Virus record (IMG/VR): IMGVR_UViG_3300031994_000001
Location: 55,799-119,798 of that record
Strand: one strand, 5' to 3'
Length of the DNA: 64,000 nucleotides
Source: a virus
Lineage: Duplodnaviria > Heunggongvirae > Uroviricota > Caudoviricetes
Positions 37,786 through 46,682 of this stretch are shown here, one piece after another. The translations under genes were made by a program, and so were the position numbers. Numbering within the stretch: position 1 is the stretch's first letter; each line of letters starts with the position of its first letter. The notes below the pieces were generated by a model. It saw only the letters and a list, made by a program, of their open reading frames with translations. It ran no database searches and was not told where the DNA came from.

Positions 37786-38424
37786 TCAATGTCTGAAATC
37801 TGGTTGAAGCTCTTCCTCATATTGCATTGGGCAGTTTTTGAATATGTCGTGGCGATGCCACACATTCCCAACCGACCATCGGGATAGGTCGCCTTTAAAT
37901 CTTGAATCGCAAAACATATACGACATTTTCGTAACGCAAGACACATTCCAGTTGGAAATGTCGCCGTTGAAATCCGAATTTTGGAACATATTCTCCATAT
38001 TTAAAACTTTCCCGACATTCCATTTTGATATGTCGCCATCAAAGTATGAATTGTAAAACATATATGACATATTTGTAACATTGCCCACATTCCAGTTGGA
38101 AATGTCGCCGTTGAATTTTGAGCTTTGGAACATACCAGTCATATTTTTCGCATTTCTGACATTCCATTCAGATATGTTTCCATCAAAATCCTTTAATGTG
38201 GAAATGAAAAACAAATATGAGAAGTTCGTTATGCAAGAAACATCAATGTCGTTCAAGTTGCAAAAAAAGCCATATTCTTCAATGTGGTTTTCTATGCAAA
38301 TAATCAGTTCGCCTTTTGTTTTTGGCTTGTATTTGTATGGGGACAGCGCAGCAAGCCTCGTTTTTGTAACTGGCTTGATGTTGAGCTTCTCGTTTATATA
38401 TCGGTCGGCATTAAGTATAAGCAT
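37786..38424 (-). CDS. Leader-family protein with DUF285/BspA-like repeats
   Basis: MLILNADRYINEKLNIKPVTKTRL; FxGDISxWNVxxVxNMxxMF repeats. Confidence 0.85.
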   Translation of the reverse strand: MLILNADRYINEKLNIKPVTKTRLAALSPYKYKPKTKGELIICIENHIEEYGFFCNLNDIDVSCITNFSYLFFISTLKDFDGNISEWNVRNAKNMTGMFQSSKFNGDISNWNVGNVTNMSYMFYNSYFDGDISKWNVGKVLNMENMFQNSDFNGDISNWNVSCVTKMSYMFCDSRFKGDLSRWSVGNVWHRHDIFKNCPMQYEEELQPDFRH

Positions 38425-38433
38425 AATTCAATT

Positions 38434-39510
38434 TTATTTTAAGAACTTACCTTTTATCCAACTTGGTTTTTCTTTTGGCAAAACAAGGTTTGGATTGTAT
38501 AAGCAGCAAAAAGTTCCGTCAACTTCTTGTGGTGCGCCGTCAAGTGATACCATTTTTTTATTGTTTTCACAATAAAAGCTGCCATAAACTTTTGTTGGTG
38601 AGCCTTCGAGAGTGGTCAAATTATTATCATAACAATAAAAATCCCCACGGATTTCTTGAGGTGCGCCTTTTAATGTTGTTAATTTATTTCTTTTACAATC
38701 AAAATCCCCACCGACTTTTTGCGGTGCGCCTTCAAGTGTGGTCAATACATTACTGCTGCAATCAAAATTCCCACCGACTTCATTTGGTGCTCCTTCAAGT
38801 GAAGTCAGTCTATTGATACGGCAATTAAAATCTCCTCCAACTTTTTGCGGTGCGCCTATAAGAGATGTCAAATCGTTAAAACTGCAATTAAATTTTCCTC
38901 CGACTTTTTGCGGTGCGCCTTCAAGCGAAGCTATGTTGTTGTCGCCGCAACCAAAATTTCTACCAACCACCTTCGGTGCGCCTTCAAGCGAAGCCAATTT
39001 GTTTTGATAGCAATAAAAATTCCCACCGACTTTTTGTGGTGCTCCTTCAAGGGTGGTCAAATTATTGCCACTGCAATCAAAATCTCTTCCGACTTCTTGC
39101 GGTGCTCCTTCAAGCGAGGTCAGTTTATTTTTCACACAATAAAACCCACCACCGATTTTCTTTGGTGCACCTTTAAGTGTTATTAATGAATTGTTTGTAC
39201 AATCAAAATCTCCACCCACTTCATATGGCGCACCGTCAAGTGTGGTAAGTTCATTGTCCATACAGTAAAAACAGCCGCTAACTTTTCCGAATTTTATTTT
39301 TAATTTTCCGTTGGCAACTATGTCTTTTGGCACATATACATTGCCATTGCAGTCATAGCATTTTGTGGTTTTATCTAATACCAACTTATTGTATTCTATA
39401 AATTGATTTATTGTAACAGCAGATAATTTTTTATCACCACGTGCAGATTTTGTTATTTGCTTGATATTATAATTATTGTTTTTGAAATCGTTGAATTTAA
39501 GTATTTTCAT
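38434..39510 (-). CDS. LRR-like protein (~12 repeats) with degenerate leader
   Basis: MKILKFNDFKNNNYNIKQITK; same N-cap and LVLPKEKPSWIKG C-cap; TATAAATA at 39536-39543 (minus). Confidence 0.85.
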   Translation of the reverse strand: MKILKFNDFKNNNYNIKQITKSARGDKKLSAVTINQFIEYNKLVLDKTTKCYDCNGNVYVPKDIVANGKLKIKFGKVSGCFYCMDNELTTLDGAPYEVGGDFDCTNNSLITLKGAPKKIGGGFYCVKNKLTSLEGAPQEVGRDFDCSGNNLTTLEGAPQKVGGNFYCYQNKLASLEGAPKVVGRNFGCGDNNIASLEGAPQKVGGKFNCSFNDLTSLIGAPQKVGGDFNCRINRLTSLEGAPNEVGGNFDCSSNVLTTLEGAPQKVGGDFDCKRNKLTTLKGAPQEIRGDFYCYDNNLTTLEGSPTKVYGSFYCENNKKMVSLDGAPQEVDGTFCCLYNPNLVLPKEKPSWIKGKFLK

Positions 39511-39761
39511 ATATTAATGTAATGTTTTTCCATTATATTTATAAATATAGAAATTATTTTGTATGGAATCTGATTGAACAGTCTCCAAACATCCTGCGTT
39601 GTCATACCGTCCATTCCGCTTCTGCCGCAGCCGTTAGCCACATTCCGAATTTCGGTCGCCCGCCAATCGTCATATATGGATTCCAAGACGGACATCACCT
39701 CTTTCTTGTCGTAATCATCTTTGATTTCGAGTTCATTCAGATTCTTTATAAGTATTCCCAT
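39507..39761 (-). CDS. Hypothetical protein
   Basis: ORF in operon. Confidence 0.5.
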   Translation of the reverse strand: MGILIKNLNELEIKDDYDKKEVMSVLESIYDDWRATEIRNVANGCGRSGMDGMTTQDVWRLFNQIPYKIISIFINIMEKHYINI

Positions 39762-39762
39762 A

Positions 39763-40146
39763 TCACTCTCCTTTGTTTTTGTTCTTCATTGCGTTCTTGA
39801 AATCCTTGATAAAACGGGTTGTATTGACACTGCCGTCATATTCGCAACAGTGGTGGAACTCGTTGTACTCGTAGTTCAGATAGTTCGATGCGTTCTTTTC
39901 AATCCACTCGCAAGCGAACTCAATGTCAAAGTCCGTTGTGTCTCTCCGCGCCAATGTCGGCATCACAGCCTTTGTCTTGAACTCTGCAAGCGATTCGTAG
40001 TTGGTTAGTCTGTCATATATGAAGTCCTCAATCACGGGCATAACGGTATCAACCAATTTGTCAATGGCTATTTTGCTTATAGCCTGCTTTATGGCATCCC
40101 GCGTGTTTACATAAAGCGGGGTCTTGTCTATTTCTTCCCTATTCAT
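39763..40146 (-). CDS. Hypothetical protein
   Basis: ORF in operon. Confidence 0.6.
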   Translation of the reverse strand: MNREEIDKTPLYVNTRDAIKQAISKIAIDKLVDTVMPVIEDFIYDRLTNYESLAEFKTKAVMPTLARRDTTDFDIEFACEWIEKNASNYLNYEYNEFHHCCEYDGSVNTTRFIKDFKNAMKNKNKGE

Positions 40147-40633
40147 TGTTTTCTTGTTTTATGTCGTACATATCTTTGGTCGCCTTGTAAGCCATTTCCT
40201 TTTCGATAAGTCCGCGATAGTCGAAATGATTGGCATTGAGCCATTCGACAAACGAGTAAGCATCACAGACCTCAACGAAGCCGCGATTCACCATATCCAT
40301 TATGTCGTTCTCGTCACGGCATTTCTCGGTGAACACCCAACGCTGTTTGATATAGGCGAACTCTTCCGCTGTCATATCGGACAGCGGGCGCAGATAAGGC
40401 TTGAACTCGTATTTGTCAAGAAATGTTTCTTCACCTCCGCAAATGTGGATTATCGCAAGACCGTTGTCAATGATTGATTGGATAGCCTCCAAGTCGTTAG
40501 CGTCCATCACTGTAACAGTATCTTCGGGTGATTTCGTCATCGGGGCAATCCATTTGCAGCGACCTTTCACTTTGTAAGGCAGTCTCCCGCATAGGTCTTT
40601 GAGCAGGAGTTTCATTTTTTCTTTATTATCCAT
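40139..40633 (-). CDS. Family-B paralogue
   Basis: KDLCGRLPY, KPYLRPLSDMT, WLNANHFDYRGLIEK. Confidence 0.8.
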   Translation of the reverse strand: MDNKEKMKLLLKDLCGRLPYKVKGRCKWIAPMTKSPEDTVTVMDANDLEAIQSIIDNGLAIIHICGGEETFLDKYEFKPYLRPLSDMTAEEFAYIKQRWVFTEKCRDENDIMDMVNRGFVEVCDAYSFVEWLNANHFDYRGLIEKEMAYKATKDMYDIKQENNE

Positions 40634-40640
40634 TGTATTG

Positions 40641-41120
40641 CTATTTTTCGTCATACAATCCTTCGGGTGCAACCAACGCGAGACCATTTTCAATCATATT
40701 GCGGTAGTCAACGTGTATAGAATTGAGATAGTCAAATGACTCGCACGTGTTGAAATAAAGAATTTCACCAGTGAAATCGCCGTCATCGGTCTCACATAAT
40801 TGATGATATTTTTCCGTTTCCTCTTTTGTCATACTTGACATTTGGCGAAGATACGGAACGAAATCTTCAAGAATGTCGGGACATTCGGTGAACTGCTCAT
40901 TCAGATAATTTGCAGTTTCTTCGTCCTCGTGATAAATGAGAATATCGGTCGGGTCGCCGTCTATGTTGATTGCGTATAGCGTGGCATCGAAGTCGCAATG
41001 CTGTTCCACAGAGTCGTAACTCGTGTCATAAGATAAGTCCAAGGTTACTTTCATTTTCACCCCATAGGGCAACCTTGCACTCAAATCTTTGAATACCAAT
41101 AATTTTTCTTCTTCTGTCAT
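40641..41120 (-). CDS. Family-B paralogue
   Basis: KDLSARLPYG, PYLRQMSSMT, DYLNSIHVDYRNMIENGLALVAPEGLY. Confidence 0.8.
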   Translation of the reverse strand: MTEEEKLLVFKDLSARLPYGVKMKVTLDLSYDTSYDSVEQHCDFDATLYAINIDGDPTDILIYHEDEETANYLNEQFTECPDILEDFVPYLRQMSSMTKEETEKYHQLCETDDGDFTGEILYFNTCESFDYLNSIHVDYRNMIENGLALVAPEGLYDEK

Positions 41121-41611
41121 AATGTCATTTTGTGTTCGAGGTTATACATATTGTCGGGTGCTTCCAAGGCGAGACCTTTTTCAATAAGCCCGCGATAGTC
41201 AAATTGCCGCTCATTGAGGTAGTCGAAAATGCCAAGGGAACGGACAATCTCGTTATGAAAAACATAATTTTTCTCAAAACTTGCAACACCGTCATCAACA
41301 TACGCTTCGATTCCGTCTTCGGTTACATTTACCATATATACCTTTTGGTCGCCGAGAATGAATTTCAATATGAACCTTGCTTCGTCCTCGGTCATAGAAT
41401 AAAGCGGGCGCAGATACGGTCTTACGTCTTCCGCACGGTTAATCCAATTGCCTTCAATGCTCGGTTCACCCTCGGAAAAATAGTCATTCGTAATGGTTGA
41501 CAAAACACCGTCACTCCACCCGTATTCGTCATTGTACTCTCTTATACGAACACCGTAAGACAGCCTTGCCGAAAGGTCTTTAATCAAAAGTTGTCTATCT
41601 TTTTTTTCCAT
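41117..41611 (-). CDS. Family-B paralogue
   Basis: KDLSARLSYG, RPYLRPL, FDYRGLIEKGLALEAPDNMY. Confidence 0.8.
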   Translation of the reverse strand: MEKKDRQLLIKDLSARLSYGVRIREYNDEYGWSDGVLSTITNDYFSEGEPSIEGNWINRAEDVRPYLRPLYSMTEDEARFILKFILGDQKVYMVNVTEDGIEAYVDDGVASFEKNYVFHNEIVRSLGIFDYLNERQFDYRGLIEKGLALEAPDNMYNLEHKMTL

Positions 41612-41722
41612 AACAAAAATGTGCTAATTTATAATAAACAAATTCAGCAATCGGTAATCTTAACGATGTGCTGTTTATGTATTGTCCAAGTATTCTAACA
41701 ATTTCTTTCATAACACAACATC

Positions 41723-42106
41723 TTAATACATTCCTTCGGGTGCTTCCAAGGCGAGACCCTTTTCAATCAGTCCATTGTAGTCAAAATGATGTTCGTTCAG
41801 CCAACGTATCCAATCAGCCGCGTTTTTGTATTCGAAGATTGAGTTGGAGTTGACGAATTTGTCATATTCATAACGCTCGTCCATAGTCATATTAGACAAA
41901 GAGACAGACCGTAGGTAAGGTTTTACTTCCTCCCATTCCAAGTCAAAATACCCGTCACCCACATCATACACGGGTGAATCCAAGTGAACTTCATACCCGT
42001 CAATGCCCAATAATTTATAGTCACCGACAGATGATTTACAGACCACGCCATACGGCAGTCTTGCACACAATTCAATACGAACCGATTGTATTTCCTGCGC
42101 TGTCAT
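41723..42106 (-). CDS. Family-B paralogue
   Basis: ELCARLPYG, KPYLRS, HHFDYNGLIEKGLALEAPEGMY. Confidence 0.8.
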   Translation of the reverse strand: MTAQEIQSVRIELCARLPYGVVCKSSVGDYKLLGIDGYEVHLDSPVYDVGDGYFDLEWEEVKPYLRSVSLSNMTMDERYEYDKFVNSNSIFEYKNAADWIRWLNEHHFDYNGLIEKGLALEAPEGMY

Positions 42107-42110
42107 AACT

Positions 42111-42506
42111 TTATATTTTTGTGTCATACATACCTTCGGGGGCTTCATAAGCCAACCCCATTTCGATTAGCCCGCGATAGTCGAAATGATGCTCGTTGAG
42201 CCAATCAATAAATTCACTAATTTCGTCAACACGAGAAATCCTCCCATAATCACTACCACTTATTCCAACAATCCATCCAGGGTCATTGGTTTTATTAATT
42301 GTTGAGTGGGGGCATATACTACGAAGTTCTTGAAATTCGCCATCAGTCATACTTGACAAATGGCGCAGGTAAGGTTTCGGCAGGTTTTCCGCGACAACAT
42401 CCATAGGAAACAACGCCCTCGGACAAACATTCGCCTCAATCTTCACGTTGTAGGGCAACCGACCGCAAAGGTCTTTCTTCAATAATGCTCTTTCTTTATC
42501 GTTCAT
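42111..42506 (-). CDS. Family-B paralogue
   Basis: KDLCGRLPY, KPYLRHLSSMT, HHFDYRGLIEMGLAYEAPEGMY. Confidence 0.8.
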   Translation of the reverse strand: MNDKERALLKKDLCGRLPYNVKIEANVCPRALFPMDVVAENLPKPYLRHLSSMTDGEFQELRSICPHSTINKTNDPGWIVGISGSDYGRISRVDEISEFIDWLNEHHFDYRGLIEMGLAYEAPEGMYDTKI

Positions 42507-42516
42507 AATTGTTGAT

Positions 42517-42927
42517 TTATCTGTACATATCTTCGGGGGCTTCGACAGCCAATCCCATTTCAATAAGCCCGCGATGGTCGAAATGATGTTCATTAAGCCA
42601 TTCAATCGCCCTTGAAACCTCATTGTAGTTCAACCGATATATGCCGTCACCGACATATATGTAATCTTCGTAACACCACTTGCCGTCACCGAGATATTCT
42701 GTGTCATCGTATGAAAACACATACAATGTCAATTCCTTGGATTCATCCCTTGTCATACTTGACATTGGACGGAGGTAAGGTCTGCACAGTTCCAAACTGA
42801 CTGAACGACATTGTTCGGTCAAGTCCACTATGCTGCCGCGATAATCAACTTTCGTGTGATACGGCAGCATAGAACCGAGTTGTGAAACCAACAACTGTTT
42901 GTTTGAGTATTTCTTGTTGTTTTTCAT
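42517..42927 (-). CDS. Family-B paralogue
   Basis: LGSMLPY, RPYLRPMSSMT, HHFDHRGLIEMGLAVEAPEDMY. Confidence 0.8.
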   Translation of the reverse strand: MKNNKKYSNKQLLVSQLGSMLPYHTKVDYRGSIVDLTEQCRSVSLELCRPYLRPMSSMTRDESKELTLYVFSYDDTEYLGDGKWCYEDYIYVGDGIYRLNYNEVSRAIEWLNEHHFDHRGLIEMGLAVEAPEDMYR

Positions 42928-43313
42928 AACTCCACGTTTTGTTGGTAAACCTCACCCGTTATTTTGACTTTTTTCTCGAACACCTTGACCTTGGCTTGCG
43001 CTTGGATTGCGCGTATCATAAGCGTAACCAATTCAACAACCATTTCATAGCACTCGTCATCGCTGAATCCGTTTTTAACGTGTGCCTTGAAAAACGCCGT
43101 GTCGAACCTGCCGCAGTCGTTTTTAGTGAACATAACCTTCTGCTCGGCTTTGTCATTGCAGTACACGGTGGCGACAGCAACGTCATCGTTCATAAACTTC
43201 GTGTTGATTGTGATATTCTCTTTACGGAGAATGTCGTTGTCGGAAAGCCTTGCGACACCCAAAGTGAGTTCGTTGTTCACCGCTTCTTTGTTTGATGCAA
43301 ATGTATTTTCCAT
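42924..43313 (-). CDS. Hypothetical protein
   Basis: ORF in operon. Confidence 0.6.
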   Translation of the reverse strand: MENTFASNKEAVNNELTLGVARLSDNDILRKENITINTKFMNDDVAVATVYCNDKAEQKVMFTKNDCGRFDTAFFKAHVKNGFSDDECYEMVVELVTLMIRAIQAQAKVKVFEKKVKITGEVYQQNVEL

Positions 43314-43323
43314 AATTGTAGGT

Positions 43324-43761
43324 TTATTGTTCGTACATTTCATTCGTTGCGGGCAGGGCTAAACCCATTCCGATAAGACCACGGAAATCGAAGTTGCGGG
43401 CGATGAGCCAATCCAAGTAATCGTATGCAATATGGGAGAAAGTCCATTCATCCCTCTGCGGGTCTCTCGTGAATCGGATTATCTCGTCACGCTCCTCATC
43501 AGTCATAGAATCCATAGGGCGCAGGTACGGGGTTATCGTCAGATTCCTGCTGTTGCCCCTTTGGTTGACAAACACGTCCAACAGATTGCTCGGCTTTCCG
43601 ATTTTCAGTTCCGTGTCATACTGTTCAAGTTCGTCATAGAACCAATCGCCGCTGACACGAACTTTTACACCGTGCGGCAGTCTGCTGCACAAGTCGGTAA
43701 CAAGGATTTTATATTCCTCGTCACTCATAAGGGTTTTGTCCAATTTCCGTCTTTTGTCCAT
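43324..43761 (-). CDS. Family-B paralogue
   Basis: DLCSRLPHG, PYLRPMDSMT, NFDFRGLIGMGLAL. Confidence 0.8.
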   Translation of the reverse strand: MDKRRKLDKTLMSDEEYKILVTDLCSRLPHGVKVRVSGDWFYDELEQYDTELKIGKPSNLLDVFVNQRGNSRNLTITPYLRPMDSMTDEERDEIIRFTRDPQRDEWTFSHIAYDYLDWLIARNFDFRGLIGMGLALPATNEMYEQ

Positions 43762-43772
43762 TGTTGTTGTTT

Positions 43773-44615
43773 TTATTCTTCGCCTTTCCAACCGAGAATG
43801 ATTTTCACAATCTCCCAAAGTTCATCGGGCATTGTGTATGAATAGCGGTCTTTATCTTCTATAGAACCGAATCTCTTGTCAAGGTCATCCTCACTGTAAC
43901 TGCTTTCGTTTATGCCTTCGTACAAGGCGTATTCCACCATATATCTCGGCGCGGTGCGATATGCTTTTAGAATAGATATTTTGCTTGTGCCTGCGACAAA
44001 ATCGTCAAGTTTCTCTTGCAGTGAGTTGAACTTTTCGGTGACATCGTATGGGTCGTACTTCATATCAAGATACTCCTCGACCCTGCGGAAAAGGTAGCCT
44101 GGCGCGATGGAATCATAACGCGAGAAATCGTCATTGTTGTAGTCGGACACTTTTTCTTTCTCCGCGATTGCCCACTCGTTGCCGCAGTCTTTGCATTTGT
44201 TCACGGGGAATGTGTCCAATTCGCCGTCAATCTTTGAACTACCGTATGAGCCGTGGCTGTAACTTCCGCCGAACAAAATGTGCGAAGCGGATGAGTATGA
44301 ACGGTTAGAACCGCTGCCGTGAACCTCTCCCTTTACTCTCTTGATGTGGTTGATGACATTGTGACTGCCGCACTTCGGGCAAACGCTGTTCTCTTTGCAA
44401 ATCTTCGCGTTTTCCTTATCCACATACTCTTTTGCAATATCGTATTGCTTGCTGTGGTATTCTTTGAGGTATTTTTCGATTTGAGCCTTGCGGGATTGAT
44501 ACGCTTCTTTGTTGCGTCTCGCTTGTTCGAGGCGTTCCGCTTCGGCTTTTTCTCTTTCTGCTTTTTTGCGTGCAAGCCTTGCCTGCTTTCTCGCTTTGAA
44601 TCCAAATAAGTCCAT
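43773..44615 (-). CDS. Hypothetical protein with coiled coil and split Zn ribbon
   Basis: CPKCGS and CKDCGNEW. Confidence 0.7.
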   Translation of the reverse strand: MDLFGFKARKQARLARKKAEREKAEAERLEQARRNKEAYQSRKAQIEKYLKEYHSKQYDIAKEYVDKENAKICKENSVCPKCGSHNVINHIKRVKGEVHGSGSNRSYSSASHILFGGSYSHGSYGSSKIDGELDTFPVNKCKDCGNEWAIAEKEKVSDYNNDDFSRYDSIAPGYLFRRVEEYLDMKYDPYDVTEKFNSLQEKLDDFVAGTSKISILKAYRTAPRYMVEYALYEGINESSYSEDDLDKRFGSIEDKDRYSYTMPDELWEIVKIILGWKGEE

Positions 44616-44617
44616 AG

Positions 44618-44899
44618 TTATTCCTTTACCATATTAGTGTATTTCTCCAAAATGTCGTTGTACGCTTCCTCACGGTTCTTTCCCATAGCGCACAAGTAGT
44701 ACCAATATTCTTTGTCGTGGACATTGGCGGGTCTGTCCGTTTCGTCCACATATCCGAAGAACCACCAACCTCCGAAATTCTCATCGCTGCACTCGTGCGC
44801 CTTCAGAGTGTATTTCTTGCCGCCGTAGTCTATTGATTCGGGCAGTTTGCCTTCAGCCACTTCGGGTATCTCGCTGCCAATGTATTCTTTTCTTTCCAT
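44618..44899 (-). CDS. Hypothetical protein
   Basis: Downstream of motif-2 copy at 44923-44943. Confidence 0.6.
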   Translation of the reverse strand: MERKEYIGSEIPEVAEGKLPESIDYGGKKYTLKAHECSDENFGGWWFFGYVDETDRPANVHDKEYWYYLCAMGKNREEAYNDILEKYTNMVKE

Positions 44900-44984
44900 T
44901 TATATATGCGTTTACATAAGAATATAATAAAAAAATCCGAATTGTGCAACCATTAAATTTTTGAATATGGTTTGTTGTTTTTAA

Positions 44985-45356
44985 TTACCAAGTTTTCAAA
45001 AATTTGGTTGTCCGTATTCTGCGTCCTACGCCAACGGCGATTTCTTTATGAGACCAAGACCAAAGGTCAATACGCACACTGTGTACTCTTTCCATTTTGC
45101 ACACATAGACATCACCGACCAAAGTCGGTTCTCCGAAACGATACACATATCGGTTGTTCATCAGTGAATACTTGATGTATGGAAACAATTTGTAAAAATT
45201 GTTCCAAATCTTTTTACTGCGTTTCAACGAAGGCACTCTTATTGTGTAACCAGTTTCACAAGGTCTGCTGTTTGCATTGTAGTAATCCTTGTTGTCCCTG
45301 CCTTTCTTTTCATTATAAAAGTCAGTTGGATATTTCGCTCTGATTTTCTTTTTCAT
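44985..45356 (-). CDS. Basic hypothetical protein
   Basis: ORF in operon. Confidence 0.55.
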   Translation of the reverse strand: MKKKIRAKYPTDFYNEKKGRDNKDYYNANSRPCETGYTIRVPSLKRSKKIWNNFYKLFPYIKYSLMNNRYVYRFGEPTLVGDVYVCKMERVHSVRIDLWSWSHKEIAVGVGRRIRTTKFLKTW

Positions 45357-45425
45357 TATACCGAAGTTTTTATTATTTGTATTTTATTTCTTTATATTAA
45401 ATGCAAGACCAAAAAGATGATTACG

Positions 45426-45980
45426 TTAAATTTTTCCAACCTCGGAAGCGGCTGACGCTATGTAGTTGTAGTGCAGGAACTCCGAGTACATTCTGTCAAG
45501 TTCCGCATAGTCACCGTCAGCGGCGTTGCCGAGTATGAACGTCTTGTAAGTGCCGTCAGTGACCTTTCTGATTTCACACACATAATACAGTTTGCCGTTT
45601 CTTGACTTCTTTATGGCAAACTCCATAGCGGCAACCTCATCGTCTGTGAGGTAGCAACTGTCAAGCGAAGATTCGACAACACAGTATTTGTAGTTCGGGT
45701 TCACCGATTCCTCGGCTTTCTTCTTTTCAGTGTAGATAATATCCTCCACCTTCGAACCCTCTTTGTAACCCAATATTGTTTTCGGTTCTTCGGGCTTGCT
45801 TTTCCCAACCTCCTTGTTGTCGAAAATGGACTTCAAGGTCGGCAGTTGTTTGGACAGAATTTGAGCATCAGTCGGCTCATCGTCAGCCAACTTGACATCT
45901 ATATTATATTCAACGTATGCGTCAAGGAACTCAATGACCTCACGCAGCACGCCTAACTGTTTTTCCGTTATAACTTTCAT
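45426..45980 (-). CDS. Hypothetical protein
   Basis: ORF in operon. Confidence 0.65.
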   Translation of the reverse strand: MKVITEKQLGVLREVIEFLDAYVEYNIDVKLADDEPTDAQILSKQLPTLKSIFDNKEVGKSKPEEPKTILGYKEGSKVEDIIYTEKKKAEESVNPNYKYCVVESSLDSCYLTDDEVAAMEFAIKKSRNGKLYYVCEIRKVTDGTYKTFILGNAADGDYAELDRMYSEFLHYNYIASAASEVGKI

Positions 45981-45984
45981 AGCC

Positions 45985-46395
45985 TTACAATTTTTCGATT
46001 ATGTTCTTGATGAGTTCAGCGTCAACGGCGTTCTTGTAGCCGCCCTCATATTTCGGTTTGTTTGACGCGACAATGTAAACCACAGAGCCGTCACTTTTGT
46101 CAAGCAGTTCTTTGAGTTTGCCCTTGCACTCCTCTACACCGCATTTATTGATGAAGTCGGCGATTAAATCGGAAGCCTTGGCGTTGTCGTAATAGGTCGG
46201 AGACCAAGTTCCGCTGATGAGGTCGCTTGACTTCACGACAAATGTGTTCGGCGCAATCCGTCTTTCAATGCGCGGGGATTCCTTGCCCGCTTCTTTGACA
46301 ACGCAAAGTATAGCGTCCATAAGTTTGGATTCAACCTCGCTCTTGCGCTTGGCGATTTCTTCAAGTTCCTTGTAAATGTTTTTAATGTCTGTCAT
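45985..46395 (-). CDS. Hypothetical early protein
   Basis: Directly downstream of promoter copy 4. Confidence 0.7.
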   Translation of the reverse strand: MTDIKNIYKELEEIAKRKSEVESKLMDAILCVVKEAGKESPRIERRIAPNTFVVKSSDLISGTWSPTYYDNAKASDLIADFINKCGVEECKGKLKELLDKSDGSVVYIVASNKPKYEGGYKNAVDAELIKNIIEKL

Positions 46396-46413
46396 AACAA
46401 CCGTTTTTGATTA

Positions 46414-46486
46414 CGCCGCAAAAATACAAAATTTTTTATACACTCAACATTTTTTCTGAAAAAAGTTATCAACAAAGTTATGAACA
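46414..46486 (-). promoter_or_regulatory. Conserved early promoter copy 4
   Basis: GTTATCAACA 46465, GTTATGAACA 46477, CAAAAATA 46419-46426. Confidence 0.8.
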
Positions 46487-46588
46487 GTCCAAAGCATACA
46501 CATATATACTATAATACATTCCGACAAAAATAATTTTTGTGCAGTTTTGATTTTTTTATTATATTACTCTGTCGGGCTTGGAATCGGG

Positions 46589-46660
46589 TGTTGACAACTA
46601 TGTTGATAACTTTATGAAAAAAATTGACCGAGTATAAAAAAATTTTGTATTTTTGCGGCG
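46589..46660 (+). promoter_or_regulatory. Conserved early promoter copy 5 (divergent from copy 4)
   Basis: TGTTGACAAC 46589, TGTTGATAAC 46601, TATTTTTG 46648-46655. Confidence 0.8.
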
Positions 46661-46682
46661 TTAAACAATAAAAGTAAAAGTT

